Shown: piece after piece, positions 18,727 to 29,598 of the stretch
Layout of the letters: each line of letters begins with the position of its first letter
Position numbering within the stretch: position 1 is the first letter of the stretch
Origin: Candidatus Bathyarchaeota archaeon
GTDB lineage: Archaea; Thermoproteota; Bathyarchaeia; Bathyarchaeales; Bathycorpusculaceae
DNA length: 64,000 bases
Reading direction: 5' to 3'
NCBI GenBank assembly: GCA_963840325.1
Contig: CAWIYM010000006.1
Location: 13,698-77,697 of the forward strand
Notes under the pieces: model-generated
The model's database searches: none
What the model was told of the DNA's origin: nothing
The model's input: only the letters and a program-made list of their open reading frames with translations
Translations under genes and position numbers: made by a program

Positions 18727-20649
18727 ATGGTCATGAAGATCATTGCTAAGTCTGATTTTGACGATTTCGTAAATAACTTGATCAAAGATGATTCTTTGAA
18801 TGTTATTGGAGTGAAATCCAAAGGCAACAAGTTTGCTTTTGCACCACTGGAAACAGCTGATGAACTACGACTGGAATACGATGTCACTTTGTTGCCTCCA
18901 AAAAAATATTTTTTCCCCCAGCGAGAAACATTATTCACCTACGCCTTATCGGGTGGATTTTCCGCTAAAAAACCAGACGAAACAAAACCTATGGTGATAA
19001 TAGGTGTCCACCCATACGACATCGTTGCATTGCTTCATATGGACGAAATCTTTAGGGAAACAAAATCAGACCCCTACTACTTCAAGAAACGTGAGTCATC
19101 AATAATTATTGGTGTTAACATCCAAAAACTGTCAAAATGGAATTTCTCTTCATTCATGGGCGCTTCTTCCGTTGACTACGGCTACGATCTTATGCTAACC
19201 GACTTAGGCAACAGATACGTAATAAACGTCGGATCCCAAAAAGGAGAAGAATTACTCTCCAAATACGCAAAAAACGTAACCACAGCATTGGCACGCGACA
19301 CACAAGTTGCAGGACAGAAAAAAAGGGAAATCATGAACCTCTCACAACAAAACCTCGATTTTTCCCCTGAACTAATTCCTGAACTTCTCAAAGATAGCTA
19401 TGTAAAAAGCGGATTTTGGGAAAAACACTCTGAAAAATGTCTCGCTTGCGGCTCATGCGTTCTTGTCTGTCCTACTTGCTACTGTTTTGACGTTAAAGAT
19501 AATCCAGACTTAACTTTAGAGGCAGGCGAAAGAATCCGCACTTGGGATGGCTGTTTACTCGAAGACTTCGCAAAGATTGCTTCAGGAGAAAACTTCCGTG
19601 CCACAAGACCAACTAGGTACCGCCATCGTTATTTCAAAAAAGGCAAATACCTTTTTGACCGCTTCGGCTTCGTCTCCTGTGTCGGCTGCGGCCGGTGCTC
19701 GTCTAACTGTCTCCCCAACATAGCCAACCCTGTCGATTTATTCAACGATATGTACCATGAAATGCAAAACAGCGGGGGCCAAATTACAGCCAGTGCTGCA
19801 CCAGACATAAACATCCAAACGGAAGAAAACATTAACTTCGTACCCAAACTTGCATCTATAGTCAAAAAGACTCCGATGACTGCCCTTGAAACTCTATTTG
19901 AAATCAAATTAGACGACGGCTCAGATCTCAATCATAAACCAGGCCAGTTTGTCGAAGTCTCAGCGTTCGGCATAGGAGAAGCGCCAATTTCGTTGTCTTC
20001 TTCACCAACAAAGAAGGGCACGTTTGAAATCTGCGTCCGCAAGCTTGGAAACGTCACTAATAGACTACACAAACTCAATGAAGGCGACAAAGTAGGAATC
20101 CGAGGACCATTTGGTAACGGCTTTGATGTTGATTCCTTGAAGAGTAAAGATCTCATGTTCATCGCAGGCGGTTTAGGAATTGCCCCGCTAAGATCGCTTT
20201 TCAATTATGTGCTTGATAACCGAAAGGACTACGGAAAAGTCTATCTGTTGTATGGATGCAAGGAACCAAAGGAGCTGCTTTTTAGCGAAGAAATGATTGC
20301 TTTAGCTTCCCGAGATGACGTCGAGTTTAGGTCAACCGTTAATTGGTGCCCTGAAAATGAGATTTGGACAGGCAATATTGGCGTGATAACAACCCTTATT
20401 CCTCAAATATCCTTCGACCCTGAACAAACCCTTGCCATACTCTGTGGGCCCCCTGTCATGTATAAATTCGTAATCGCCGACCTCAAGAAAAAAATGGTCC
20501 CCGATGACCACATTATAATGTCGCTTGAACGCCGAATGAAATGTGGAGTCGGAAAATGCGGACACTGCCAAATCAACCAAATATACGTCTGCAAAGACGG
20601 ACCTGTATTTAATTATGCAAAAATAAAAGGCGTGCCGGAGGCGCTATAA
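18727..20649 (+). CDS. Sulfhydrogenase (group 3b NiFe) beta+gamma subunit fusion (4Fe-4S dicluster + FAD/NAD-binding [2Fe-2S])
   Basis: CLACGSCVLVCPTCYC and CVGCGRCSSNC, then PGQFV, GEAPIS, RGPFGNGF, AGGLGIAP, CGPPVM, MKCGVGKCGHC. Confidence 0.9.
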   Translation: MVMKIIAKSDFDDFVNNLIKDDSLNVIGVKSKGNKFAFAPLETADELRLEYDVTLLPPKKYFFPQRETLFTYALSGGFSAKKPDETKPMVIIGVHPYDIVALLHMDEIFRETKSDPYYFKKRESSIIIGVNIQKLSKWNFSSFMGASSVDYGYDLMLTDLGNRYVINVGSQKGEELLSKYAKNVTTALARDTQVAGQKKREIMNLSQQNLDFSPELIPELLKDSYVKSGFWEKHSEKCLACGSCVLVCPTCYCFDVKDNPDLTLEAGERIRTWDGCLLEDFAKIASGENFRATRPTRYRHRYFKKGKYLFDRFGFVSCVGCGRCSSNCLPNIANPVDLFNDMYHEMQNSGGQITASAAPDINIQTEENINFVPKLASIVKKTPMTALETLFEIKLDDGSDLNHKPGQFVEVSAFGIGEAPISLSSSPTKKGTFEICVRKLGNVTNRLHKLNEGDKVGIRGPFGNGFDVDSLKSKDLMFIAGGLGIAPLRSLFNYVLDNRKDYGKVYLLYGCKEPKELLFSEEMIALASRDDVEFRSTVNWCPENEIWTGNIGVITTLIPQISFDPEQTLAILCGPPVMYKFVIADLKKKMVPDDHIIMSLERRMKCGVGKCGHCQINQIYVCKDGPVFNYAKIKGVPEAL

Positions 20650-20650
20650 T

Positions 20651-21388
20651 ATGAAACCTAAAGTAGCATTTTTCGATTTTGCTGGCTGTGAAGGAGACCA
20701 ACTACAAATCGCAAACCTTGAAGAGGACCTATTGGCTCTTCTGGGTCAAGTTGAAGTCGTAACATTCAGGGAAGTAATGAAAGAACAAAGTGACAAATAT
20801 GATATCGCGTTTGTTGAAGGCTCGTGCACCAGACTACAAGACGAGGATAGGCTTAAGCAAATAAGGAAAAACGCCAAAATCGTTGTCGCAATTGGCTCCT
20901 GCGCTGCAATCGGCGGTATCAATTCTCTAAGAAACTATAAGGATTTAGACGCAGTTAAACAAATGGTGTACGGTGAAAACGCGAGACTCTTTGACTCCTA
21001 TGCAGCAAGACCCATCGACGCTGTAATCCCTGTAGATGCATATGTTTATGGGTGTCCAATTGACCGAGAAGATTTCTTGCAAGTGGTCAAATCGCTCCTG
21101 TTGGGAAAGAAGCCTGAAACAGCCACCTATCCTGTTTGCGTTGAATGCAAGAAAAACGAGAATGTCTGCGCTTTTGAACGTGGCCAATACTGCGTTGGAA
21201 CAGTAACTAGAGCTGGCTGCAACTCGTGCTGCGTTAACGAAGGAACAATCTGTTGGGGTTGCCGTGGGTTAGTGGATAATCCAAACGAGAATTCCCAAAA
21301 GGAAGTTCTGATAAAGTACGGTCAAACAGTTGATGATGCAATAGCTAAGTTTAGGTTATATTTTGGTTGGCAGGAGGCAAAAAGATGA
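20651..21388 (+). CDS. hydD: Sulfhydrogenase delta (small) subunit
   Basis: AGCEG, FVEGS, IGSCA..GG, GCP, CVECK, CWGCRG. Confidence 0.9.
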   Translation: MKPKVAFFDFAGCEGDQLQIANLEEDLLALLGQVEVVTFREVMKEQSDKYDIAFVEGSCTRLQDEDRLKQIRKNAKIVVAIGSCAAIGGINSLRNYKDLDAVKQMVYGENARLFDSYAARPIDAVIPVDAYVYGCPIDREDFLQVVKSLLLGKKPETATYPVCVECKKNENVCAFERGQYCVGTVTRAGCNSCCVNEGTICWGCRGLVDNPNENSQKEVLIKYGQTVDDAIAKFRLYFGWQEAKR

Positions 21389-22698
21389 CTGAATCTAAAA
21401 ATGTCGATGTAAATGTCCATCACATAACAAGGGTTGAGGGGCACGGAAACATCAATGTATCCATTAGGAATGGTGCAATAGAAAAATGTGAGTGGAGCAT
21501 CCCTGAGGCACCACGATTCTTCGAAGCCATGGTTGTGGGAAGATCCTGGAACGAACTGCACCATATCACATCACGCATATGCGGTATCTGCTCAATAGGC
21601 CACACTCTTGCTTCATTGAAAGCCACCGAAGCAGCCTTAGGTATACCATTAAGTGAACAGGACCTAAAACTGCGAAAGTTAGCGCTACATGCGGAAAACA
21701 TGCAAAGCCACATCCTGCACTTGGGCTTTCTGGTTCTACCCGACTTAATGGGAGTAGGCTCAGTTATCCCCCTTGCCTCGACAAATCTGGCTGAAGTCAA
21801 AATTGTCCTCCAACTCCACCGAACCGCAAACGAAATGTCAAACCTTCTTTGCGGCAGAACCACCCATCCTCAAAGACTGATTCCAGGCGGTTTCTCAAAA
21901 ATCCCCTCAATGAGGGAATTAGCGGTTATGAGACGGAACCTTCAGGACTCTGTTCCGAACCTTCAAGCAGTTGCAGGTTTGTTTAAAAGTTTAGCAGGTA
22001 ATTTTCCAAGTTTCGAGAGAGAAACAGAATTCATAGCGTTAACAAATCCTAATGAATATGCGCTCTACGATGGCGAAATAGATTCAACTGACACTGGCGC
22101 AGCACCAGCCAAAGAATATCTCACATACACGAACGAATACGTTGTTCCCCAATCAACCGCTAAATGGGCAAAACACGCCCGCGACTCCTATATGGTGGGT
22201 GCCTTAGCTAGGCTAAACATCAATTACAACAAATTATCACCCTTGGCTCAAAAAGTTGCAGAAATGTTTGATCTCAAACCAATATGTTACAACCCATTCA
22301 TGAATAGTATTGCCCAGTTAGTTGAAACGGTTCATAGCGTTGAAGACTCGATACGCCTCATAAATGAACTTGAAGCGGCGGGACTTAAAACACAGCCAGA
22401 CTATAATAATCCAAACATAAAAGTGAAGGCAGGTAGCGGCGTTGGAGCAATCGAAGTGCCCAGAGGAATACTGTTCCATGATTACAGCTACAACGATAAA
22501 GGCGTATGCATCAAAGGTAATTGTGTAATCCCAACCAACCAAAACCACGGCAACATTTCACTGGACATGAAAGCGCTGCTACCACAGATTGTAAATAAAC
22601 CACAAAAAGAAATCGAGCTTGCACTGGAAATGCTCGTGCGCGCTTATGACCCATGCATCTCATGCTCAACCCACGTAGTGAAAGTAGATTTGACCTAA
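21385..22698 (+). CDS. hydA: Group 3b [NiFe]-hydrogenase large (alpha) subunit
   Basis: TRVEGHG, L1 RICGICSIGH, EVPRG, L2 RAYDPCISCSTH plus short C-terminal extension; ATG overlaps hydD stop. Confidence 0.95.
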   Translation: MTESKNVDVNVHHITRVEGHGNINVSIRNGAIEKCEWSIPEAPRFFEAMVVGRSWNELHHITSRICGICSIGHTLASLKATEAALGIPLSEQDLKLRKLALHAENMQSHILHLGFLVLPDLMGVGSVIPLASTNLAEVKIVLQLHRTANEMSNLLCGRTTHPQRLIPGGFSKIPSMRELAVMRRNLQDSVPNLQAVAGLFKSLAGNFPSFERETEFIALTNPNEYALYDGEIDSTDTGAAPAKEYLTYTNEYVVPQSTAKWAKHARDSYMVGALARLNINYNKLSPLAQKVAEMFDLKPICYNPFMNSIAQLVETVHSVEDSIRLINELEAAGLKTQPDYNNPNIKVKAGSGVGAIEVPRGILFHDYSYNDKGVCIKGNCVIPTNQNHGNISLDMKALLPQIVNKPQKEIELALEMLVRAYDPCISCSTHVVKVDLT

Positions 22699-22742
22699 CC
22701 TATTTCCCAAAATTTCCAACTAACTATTGGGATCAATGCGTT

Positions 22743-25397
22743 ATGGGAAATCTTAAAGCGTTTTTCTGCCCCCAAGCCATCGCTGTTATTGGGGCTAGCG
22801 AAAGAGTTGATTCTATAGGAAACAGAATTCTGCGCAACCTTATCGGAGATTATCAGGGAAAGATTTTTGCTGTCAACCCTTTTAGGCAAACCGTTCAGGG
22901 ACTCACCGCGTATCCAAGCATAGACCGCGTGCCCTCCAAAGTAGACCTTGCAATCATAGCAACCCCTGCCCACACGGTTCCCCAGATTTTGGAAGAATGC
23001 GGAATGACAGGCGTTTTAAACGCAGTCATTGTTTCAGCTGGGTTTAATGAATGTGACAAAATCGGCCAAGACCTCTCAAAGAGAATCCTTGACTGCAAAA
23101 AAACCTATAGCATGCGGATCATAGGACCAAACAGTTTTGGCATTATAAGACCAAATTCAAATCTATACGCAACCTTTGCAGAAAAGAAAGCAATGCCTGG
23201 AAAAATAGCCTTCATATCGCAAAGTGGAGCATTCTGCGGATCTGCCCTCGATTGGTCGCTGGAAACACAGGTGGGACTTAGCGCAATTGTCTCAATGGGC
23301 CAGACAATTGATGTTAACATCGGCGATCTGATCGAATACTTTGGAAATGACCCCCAAACACGCATTATAATGCTCTATGTTGAATCCATAAAAAACGCAC
23401 GAAACTTCATGAGTGCCGCTAGAGGTTTCGCAAAAACAAAACCCATCATCATAGTTAAGCCCAACAGGACTAATGAAAACCAAAATCTTTCAAATTCAGA
23501 TACCAGCCAACTCAAAGAAGCTATTTTTGACGCAGCCTTTAGAAGAAGTGGCGTAGTTCGGGTTGAAACCATTAACGGACTTTTTGATTGCGCTAAAACT
23601 CTTTCAATGCAGCCAAGCCCAACGGTCCCAGACTTAACCATAATAACAAACGCTGGGGGACCAGCTTTAATGGCTCTGGACCAAATAAACAGGCGGAGCG
23701 GAAAACTAGCAGAAATAACCGAATCTAATGTTCAAGCTCTGAAAACCATTTTACCTTACTATTGTGCCATAACGAACCCTATTGATCTTCTCGAAGAAGC
23801 AACCCCTGAAAGATATAGAAAAGTAATACAAACTTGCATTAACGACGAAGCAAACAGCAGCCTTCTTGTGATTTATGCATCCACAGGCTTAACAGACCCG
23901 CATACTTTAGCCAATTTAATTGTAGATTCAGCTAAACAAACAAGAAAAAATATCTTCGTTTGCTTAATGGGCGAAGACCCCCAATGCCAAGAAGCAAGAA
24001 GAACATTACATAGAAACGGTGTCCCAGCGTTCCGAAGCCCCCAAGAAGCTGTAAGAACATTCATGAACATCTATACACGTACACAAAACTTAGATCTGCT
24101 CTATCAAACACCTGAAGATATCCCCTTAGACCAAGCTAAACCAACACAACTTAGAGCAATATTGCGTCGTGCATTTTGTGAAGGCAGAAAAAGCCTAAAT
24201 TTATCTGAATCTTTTCAGTTTTTAGAAGCCTACAAGATACCTACCGTAAAAACGCTTATCGCTAAAACCGCCGAAGAAACAACAACTTTTGCGTCGCAAC
24301 TCGGTTACCCAGTAGTAATAAAAACCCTAAATCCACAGAATAGCAATAAAGGCGAAAACCAAAACGTTGCTTTTGACGCTTTTTCTTCTGACCAGCTATG
24401 CTTTCAGTTCAACCAGATGGTTAAAGACACCGATATACTCACTAAAACAACTGAATTTATAGGAGTAGCAATACAACCAAAAATTCACAATTCCCCTTGC
24501 CAACTGTTTTTAGGATCAAGAAAAGACCCCCAGTTTGGTCCAATAATATGCCTGGGAACAGGAGGAATTTTAATAGAAAAAGACAGAGAGCTAAGTGTTG
24601 GTTTTCCACCCCTAAATCAAGTTCTTGCAAGACAAATTATGCAAAACACCAAAGCACTTCAATATTGCAAAGACGCATGTGCTAACATTGAAACTGGGTC
24701 AATTGAAGAAATCATAATTAGATTTTCTCAGCTTATAAGTGATTTTCCAGAGATAAAAAAAATTGACATAAACCCCGTAGTTATCAAGGACAGCAAAGCC
24801 TGTGCGGTTGATGCCCAAATAGTGTTGGATTTGACGAGGTTTTTACGCCAAGGGGCTGAACATCCCGAAAATCTTGTCATTGCACCCTACCCAATAAAAT
24901 ACGTTACAAAACGAACCCTGAAAAATGGAGTGAAAGTGACTCTTCGACCGATAAAGCCTGAGGATGAAAACCGCTTCAATGCCCTCTTCAAATCCTTATC
25001 CGTTCAGAGCGTTCGGTTCAGGTTTTTTGAGACTATCAAGGAAATGTCCCATGATACGTTGTCTAGGTACTGCAATCTTGATTATGACAGGGAAATTGCT
25101 ATAGTAGCCCAACTTGAGGATAGCAGTCTTATCGGTGTTGTGAGGTTGATTTTTGATGCTGATAGAAATAATGGGGAATTCGCAGTTATGGTGAGCGATT
25201 CGTGGCATGGTTTAGGGTTAGGTTCAAAGCTTGTGGACTACATCATCGACATTGGTAAGGACTTAAAATTAGAAACCATTTATAGTGATGTAAGTCCCGA
25301 AAATTCAAAGATGCTTAATCTGTGCGGTAACAAAGGATTTACGGTTAAATCATCCGATGAATATTCAGTAAACATGATTTTGACTTTGCCGCCTTAG
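22743..25397 (+). CDS. Acyl-CoA synthetase(NDP-forming)-like/GNAT fusion, Pat/PatZ-type lysine acetyltransferase
   Basis: IAVIGAS, RIIGPNSFG, SQSGA, TNAGG, NPIDL, ATP-grasp DINP, C-terminal GNAT (LRPIKPED, DYDREIA, WHGLGLGSKL). Confidence 0.88.
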   Translation: MGNLKAFFCPQAIAVIGASERVDSIGNRILRNLIGDYQGKIFAVNPFRQTVQGLTAYPSIDRVPSKVDLAIIATPAHTVPQILEECGMTGVLNAVIVSAGFNECDKIGQDLSKRILDCKKTYSMRIIGPNSFGIIRPNSNLYATFAEKKAMPGKIAFISQSGAFCGSALDWSLETQVGLSAIVSMGQTIDVNIGDLIEYFGNDPQTRIIMLYVESIKNARNFMSAARGFAKTKPIIIVKPNRTNENQNLSNSDTSQLKEAIFDAAFRRSGVVRVETINGLFDCAKTLSMQPSPTVPDLTIITNAGGPALMALDQINRRSGKLAEITESNVQALKTILPYYCAITNPIDLLEEATPERYRKVIQTCINDEANSSLLVIYASTGLTDPHTLANLIVDSAKQTRKNIFVCLMGEDPQCQEARRTLHRNGVPAFRSPQEAVRTFMNIYTRTQNLDLLYQTPEDIPLDQAKPTQLRAILRRAFCEGRKSLNLSESFQFLEAYKIPTVKTLIAKTAEETTTFASQLGYPVVIKTLNPQNSNKGENQNVAFDAFSSDQLCFQFNQMVKDTDILTKTTEFIGVAIQPKIHNSPCQLFLGSRKDPQFGPIICLGTGGILIEKDRELSVGFPPLNQVLARQIMQNTKALQYCKDACANIETGSIEEIIIRFSQLISDFPEIKKIDINPVVIKDSKACAVDAQIVLDLTRFLRQGAEHPENLVIAPYPIKYVTKRTLKNGVKVTLRPIKPEDENRFNALFKSLSVQSVRFRFFETIKEMSHDTLSRYCNLDYDREIAIVAQLEDSSLIGVVRLIFDADRNNGEFAVMVSDSWHGLGLGSKLVDYIIDIGKDLKLETIYSDVSPENSKMLNLCGNKGFTVKSSDEYSVNMILTLPP

Positions 25398-25711
25398 ATG
25401 TTCAGATCGTTCAGAAACTTCCAAAACTCCTCGATAGACCCGACGATTCTTAACTCCAAATAATTAGCTTCAAAATTGCCTTCTTTATCCACTGAGTCCC
25501 TAAAAAAACCAACTGTGTGAGGGTACCCATTTTCAAACATTGGGCTGTCTACAACATCTGCTAAAATGGCTTGTAGTTTAATCTGTCTATTTCTTCTATC
25601 AAAAAATTGCACGGTGTAGAAAAGGTATTTTCTTCCTTCATTTCCAGTGTTGGGAAAGCTGATTATCCAATCAATCTCTTGGAAATAAAATTTTTTGGAT
25701 TTTGTTTCCAT
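25394..25711 (-). CDS. Hypothetical protein
   Basis: 105-aa ORF with ATG and upstream AGGGG; no recognisable motif. Confidence 0.6.
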   Translation of the reverse strand: METKSKKFYFQEIDWIISFPNTGNEGRKYLFYTVQFFDRRNRQIKLQAILADVVDSPMFENGYPHTVGFFRDSVDKEGNFEANYLELRIVGSIEEFWKFLNDLNI

Positions 25712-25796
25712 AGAACCCCTGTTCTCTGGTTAGTTTGTTAATTCGTAACAGTTAATTAATCTTAACAAAAAAATGGAAACGATTTGAGATACAGAT

Positions 25797-27207
25797 TTAA
25801 TTTTTGTCTAAATTGAAGGCTTCGTGTATCGCTCTGACTACGGCTACTCCATCTTTCTCTTTGACTACGAATGAAATGTTTAGTTCTGAGCTGCCTTGTG
25901 CGATCATACGGATGTTTATGCCTTTCTTGGCTACGACTGAGAAGATCTTCGATGCAACGCCCAGAGTTCCTTTCATGTTTGCGCCCATAACCGCGATAAC
26001 TGCAACATCGTCTTCTGCCGAAACTTCGTTGACTATACCGCCTCGCTCCAATAAAGCGATTTTCTAGGTTGCTGATTGCTCTGCCTAACAAACCACGTTT
26101 AATTATCATAGAGATGTTTGCTTCTGAAGCTGCGGTTGATATCATCATGACGTTGATGTTGTTTTTTCCAAGGACGTCGAAGACTTTTGCGTAGCTACCT
26201 GGTGCACCTACCATGCCTGCACCGTTAACGTTTAGCATGGCCACGTCTTTAATCATTGCAACTGCCTTTACTGCTTCTGTAACTTCGGCGTTAGGTTCTT
26301 TAGTTATTAGTGTACCAGGATTTTCAGGGTGGAAGATACTGCGTATTCTCACGGGAATATTTTCTCTGATGGCTGGTCCTAATGCGCGGGGATGCATTGC
26401 TTTTGCCCCGAAAATGGCCATTTCCGCGGCTTCTTGATAACTGAGTTGCGGGAGCATCTTTGCAGAGGAAACGATTTTGGGATCGGTAGTCATTATTCCG
26501 TCGACGTCTGTCCATATCCAGACCTCATCAACTTTCAACGCCATACCTAATATGGCTGCAGTATAATCAGAGCCCCCTCGACCAACAGTTGTGACAATAC
26601 CATCCTGGTTTGCAGCAATAAAACCTGTAACAACAGGAATAACTTTCTTCTCAAGCAATGGTTCCAATCGTTCGCGAACTAAATGGGTGGTGAAGTTCAT
26701 GAGCGGGTCTGCTTCACCAAAATTTGAATCCGTTACAATTCCAGCTTCCTTGCCTGTGAAGCATTGAGACTCGGCTTTATGGTCTTTTATAGCTCCCCAA
26801 ATGATAGGTGCAGATAACCGCTCCCCAAAGGAAACAACAAAGTCTTTGGATTTTGGCGTCAACTCGCCAACGTAGCATATGCCTGTTAAGACTTTTTCAA
26901 GTTCCCCGATAGTTTTTTCGGTTATTTGTATAACGTCTTTTTGGATTTGCTTGCTAGTTATGGCTGTTGAAATAGCGTCTATATGTTTTTTAAGCAGTTC
27001 TTTGGTAAAGTCTTGGATGGCTTTTTCGTTGCTCTTTTTGGCTTGACAAGCAACTTCAATAAGGTTGTTTGTTACGCCTGCCAAAGCGGAAACAACAACC
27101 ACTACGCTGCAATCCTTCTTGGCGTACTTGGTAACTAAACCTGCAACATGGCGTATGTTTTCGCCTGTGCCAACGCTGGTGCCCCCGAACTTCATTACTA
27201 ACTTCAT
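25797..27207 (-). CDS. lysC: Aspartate kinase (one +1 frameshift at ~26060, probable sequence error)
   Basis: MKFGGTSV, VVSAL, SFGERLS, GRGGSDYT, WTDVDG; second ACT domain (MIAQGSSELNIS) in adjacent frame 25797-26051. Confidence 0.93.
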
Positions 27208-27209
27208 TT

Positions 27210-28253
27210 TTATGACTCCGAGTTATTATTTAGCATTCTGTTTGCTAACTTATGTCTTATGTCTAAGAGGTCTCTTAAAACTGCACTTGCAGTTTCAATA
27301 CCCCCTGCACCTCTGCCGACGAGTGTTTGTTCACCTGCAAATTCGGTTGAGAAGGTTATAGCGTTTAGGACTCCGCTGACACATAAAGGATTGTTTTTCG
27401 GTATTTCCGTTGGCTTCACTGTTGCTTTGTCGCCGTCTATGGAGCCGATGAGCTTTATTGTGTTGCCTCTCTTTGAAGCTTCATCAAGCGCCTCCAAAGA
27501 TACTTCTCGAATACCATTTCTATCTACATCTTTTAGGGTTATTTTCTTGTTCAATATCCAATTTCCTAGGATAACTACTTTGCATGCTGTATCAAATCCG
27601 TCAATGTCCATAGATGGCTCTCTTTCGGCATAACCAAGCTTCTGGGCATTCATAAGGGCATCTTGGAAGGTAACGCGGTTTTGAGCCATTTCAGTTAAGA
27701 TATAGTTAGTTGTGCCGTTTAGTATTCCTCGAATGGCAAGGATTTTGTCTCCTGCGAGGCATCGTTTGGCGAACTCTAACATGGGTGTTCCACCACCGAC
27801 TGTGCCGCTAAAACGCAGGTAAACATTGTTGTACTCAGCGAGTTCTGTAAGTGCTGGCATGGCTAAGGCTAATGGTCCCTTGTTGGTTGTTACAACGTGT
27901 TTACCTGTTTTGAACGCTTTAGTAATGTGGGATATTGCTGGCTCAGCGTTTTTTATGTTAACCGGCGTGACTTCAACGACCACTTCTGCTTCAACCGACT
28001 CGATAACATCCAACGCTGGTATTCCTGGGCGCCCAAAATCTGGGTCTGCAGATATCGGGTAACCCCGTTGCTTAATCACTTCGAGTTTTTCAGGGCTTAG
28101 ACCTCTTGGGTTAATGACTGCGCCGTCTATGTCGGCGATGGCAACAATTTTTGGGTTAAATCCATAATCTTTAACTTTTTCGACATATCTGCGAGCAAGT
28201 ATAGTAGTTACGCCCTTTCCGACTACGCCATAACCAACTAAAATAATCCTCAT
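27210..28253 (-). CDS. hom: Homoserine dehydrogenase
   Basis: GYGVVG, VVTTNKGP, GILNGTTNYIL, GYAE.EP..DIDG.D, GRGAGG. Confidence 0.95.
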   Translation of the reverse strand: MRIILVGYGVVGKGVTTILARRYVEKVKDYGFNPKIVAIADIDGAVINPRGLSPEKLEVIKQRGYPISADPDFGRPGIPALDVIESVEAEVVVEVTPVNIKNAEPAISHITKAFKTGKHVVTTNKGPLALAMPALTELAEYNNVYLRFSGTVGGGTPMLEFAKRCLAGDKILAIRGILNGTTNYILTEMAQNRVTFQDALMNAQKLGYAEREPSMDIDGFDTACKVVILGNWILNKKITLKDVDRNGIREVSLEALDEASKRGNTIKLIGSIDGDKATVKPTEIPKNNPLCVSGVLNAITFSTEFAGEQTLVGRGAGGIETASAVLRDLLDIRHKLANRMLNNNSES

Positions 28254-28259
28254 ATCAGA

Positions 28260-29531
28260 TCACCGTGCAAGAATTACTTGTTTTTTTAAGCCCAAAGCAT
28301 CTTCGATTGATGAGATATCTGCGTCAACTTCAATTGGTTTCTCACTCATCTTAACCGCAGTATCAGGGTCCTTGAGTCCATGCCCAGTGGTAACGCAGAC
28401 AACCCGCTCATCCTTGCAGATAACCCCGTTTTTAACTAGTTTCTTTAAGCCAGCGATGGATGAGGCACTTGCTGGCTCGACAAAGATCCCTTCGATTCGC
28501 GCGAGGATTTTTTGAGCATCCAAGATTTCCTCGTCGGTAACAGTTTCTGCTGTACCCTGAGATTCATGGATGGCGTTGACAGCTTTCTTCCAGCTTACTG
28601 GTGCACCAATTCTAATAGCAGTTGCTACTGTTTCTGGGTTTGCGACTGGGATGATTTTGTCGCTGTTGGTTTTAATCGCTTGAACAATGGGGGCAGAGCC
28701 CGCTGCTTGAATACCCGTCATTTTGGGCAGCGTTTTTATGTAGCCGAGTTGGTAGAATTCAGTTAAACCTTTCCAGATAGCGCTTATGTTTCCAGCGTTA
28801 CCAACTGGGACGATTATACGATCTGGAGCATCATTGTTTAGTTGCTCACAAATTTCATAGCCTAATGACTTTTGCCCTTCAATACGGAAAGGATTAATTG
28901 AGTTTAACAGGTAGATGCTTTTGTGTTTCTCGGCAAGCTTCAAAACAAACTCTAAGGCTTCATCAAAGTTACCTCTGACTTGGAGGACTTTGGCGCCATG
29001 AATCATTGCTTGTGAGAGTTTGCCATACGCAATTTTTCCGGAGGGAATCAAAACTGTGCATTTTATGCCTGCTCTTGCAGCGTAGGCGGCTAAGCTGGCT
29101 GAGGTGTTGCCTGTTGAAGCACAAATGACGTGCCTTGCCCCAAGCTCAACGGCTTTTGTTACGCCAACCGTCATACCTCTGTCTTTGAAGCTGCCTGTGG
29201 GGTTTTCACCCTCATTTTTAACATAGAGATTTTTAAGTCCAAGTTCTGCACCCAAGCGTTCCGAGCGATGCAACCCTGTACCGCCTTCGTTTAGAGTGAC
29301 AACTTTTGTGGTTTCGTGAATAGGCATGAAATCTCGGTAACGCCACACTGAGAGCGGTTTGCTCATCCAGCCGCTTTCTTTGAGTTTTTCGGTTAACTCT
29401 TTGAAATCAAACTTTATCTCTAAAATATCTCCGCATTTTTTGCAGAAGTAAACTATCTCATCAATATCGTACGTTGTTTTGCAGTTTATGCATTCTTGAT
29501 GTGACATGTCTTTTTGCGTCTCCACTTGCAA
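28260..29531 (-). CDS. thrC: Threonine synthase
   Basis: NPTGSFKDRG, CASTGNTSAS, PVGNAGN, EPASA, TGHGLKD; exact start uncertain. Confidence 0.95.
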   Translation of the reverse strand: MQVETQKDMSHQECINCKTTYDIDEIVYFCKKCGDILEIKFDFKELTEKLKESGWMSKPLSVWRYRDFMPIHETTKVVTLNEGGTGLHRSERLGAELGLKNLYVKNEGENPTGSFKDRGMTVGVTKAVELGARHVICASTGNTSASLAAYAARAGIKCTVLIPSGKIAYGKLSQAMIHGAKVLQVRGNFDEALEFVLKLAEKHKSIYLLNSINPFRIEGQKSLGYEICEQLNNDAPDRIIVPVGNAGNISAIWKGLTEFYQLGYIKTLPKMTGIQAAGSAPIVQAIKTNSDKIIPVANPETVATAIRIGAPVSWKKAVNAIHESQGTAETVTDEEILDAQKILARIEGIFVEPASASSIAGLKKLVKNGVICKDERVVCVTTGHGLKDPDTAVKMSEKPIEVDADISSIEDALGLKKQVILAR

Positions 29532-29598
29532 GTGCCTTTCCAGATTACACGAAATACTGACTATAACATTATTAATTTTACTGCGTCTAAACTTCCTC

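Noticed and set aside
21385-22698. Selenocysteine-containing (NiFeSe) hydrogenase
   Set aside because: L2 motif is DPCISC encoded by TGC codons; no in-frame TGA
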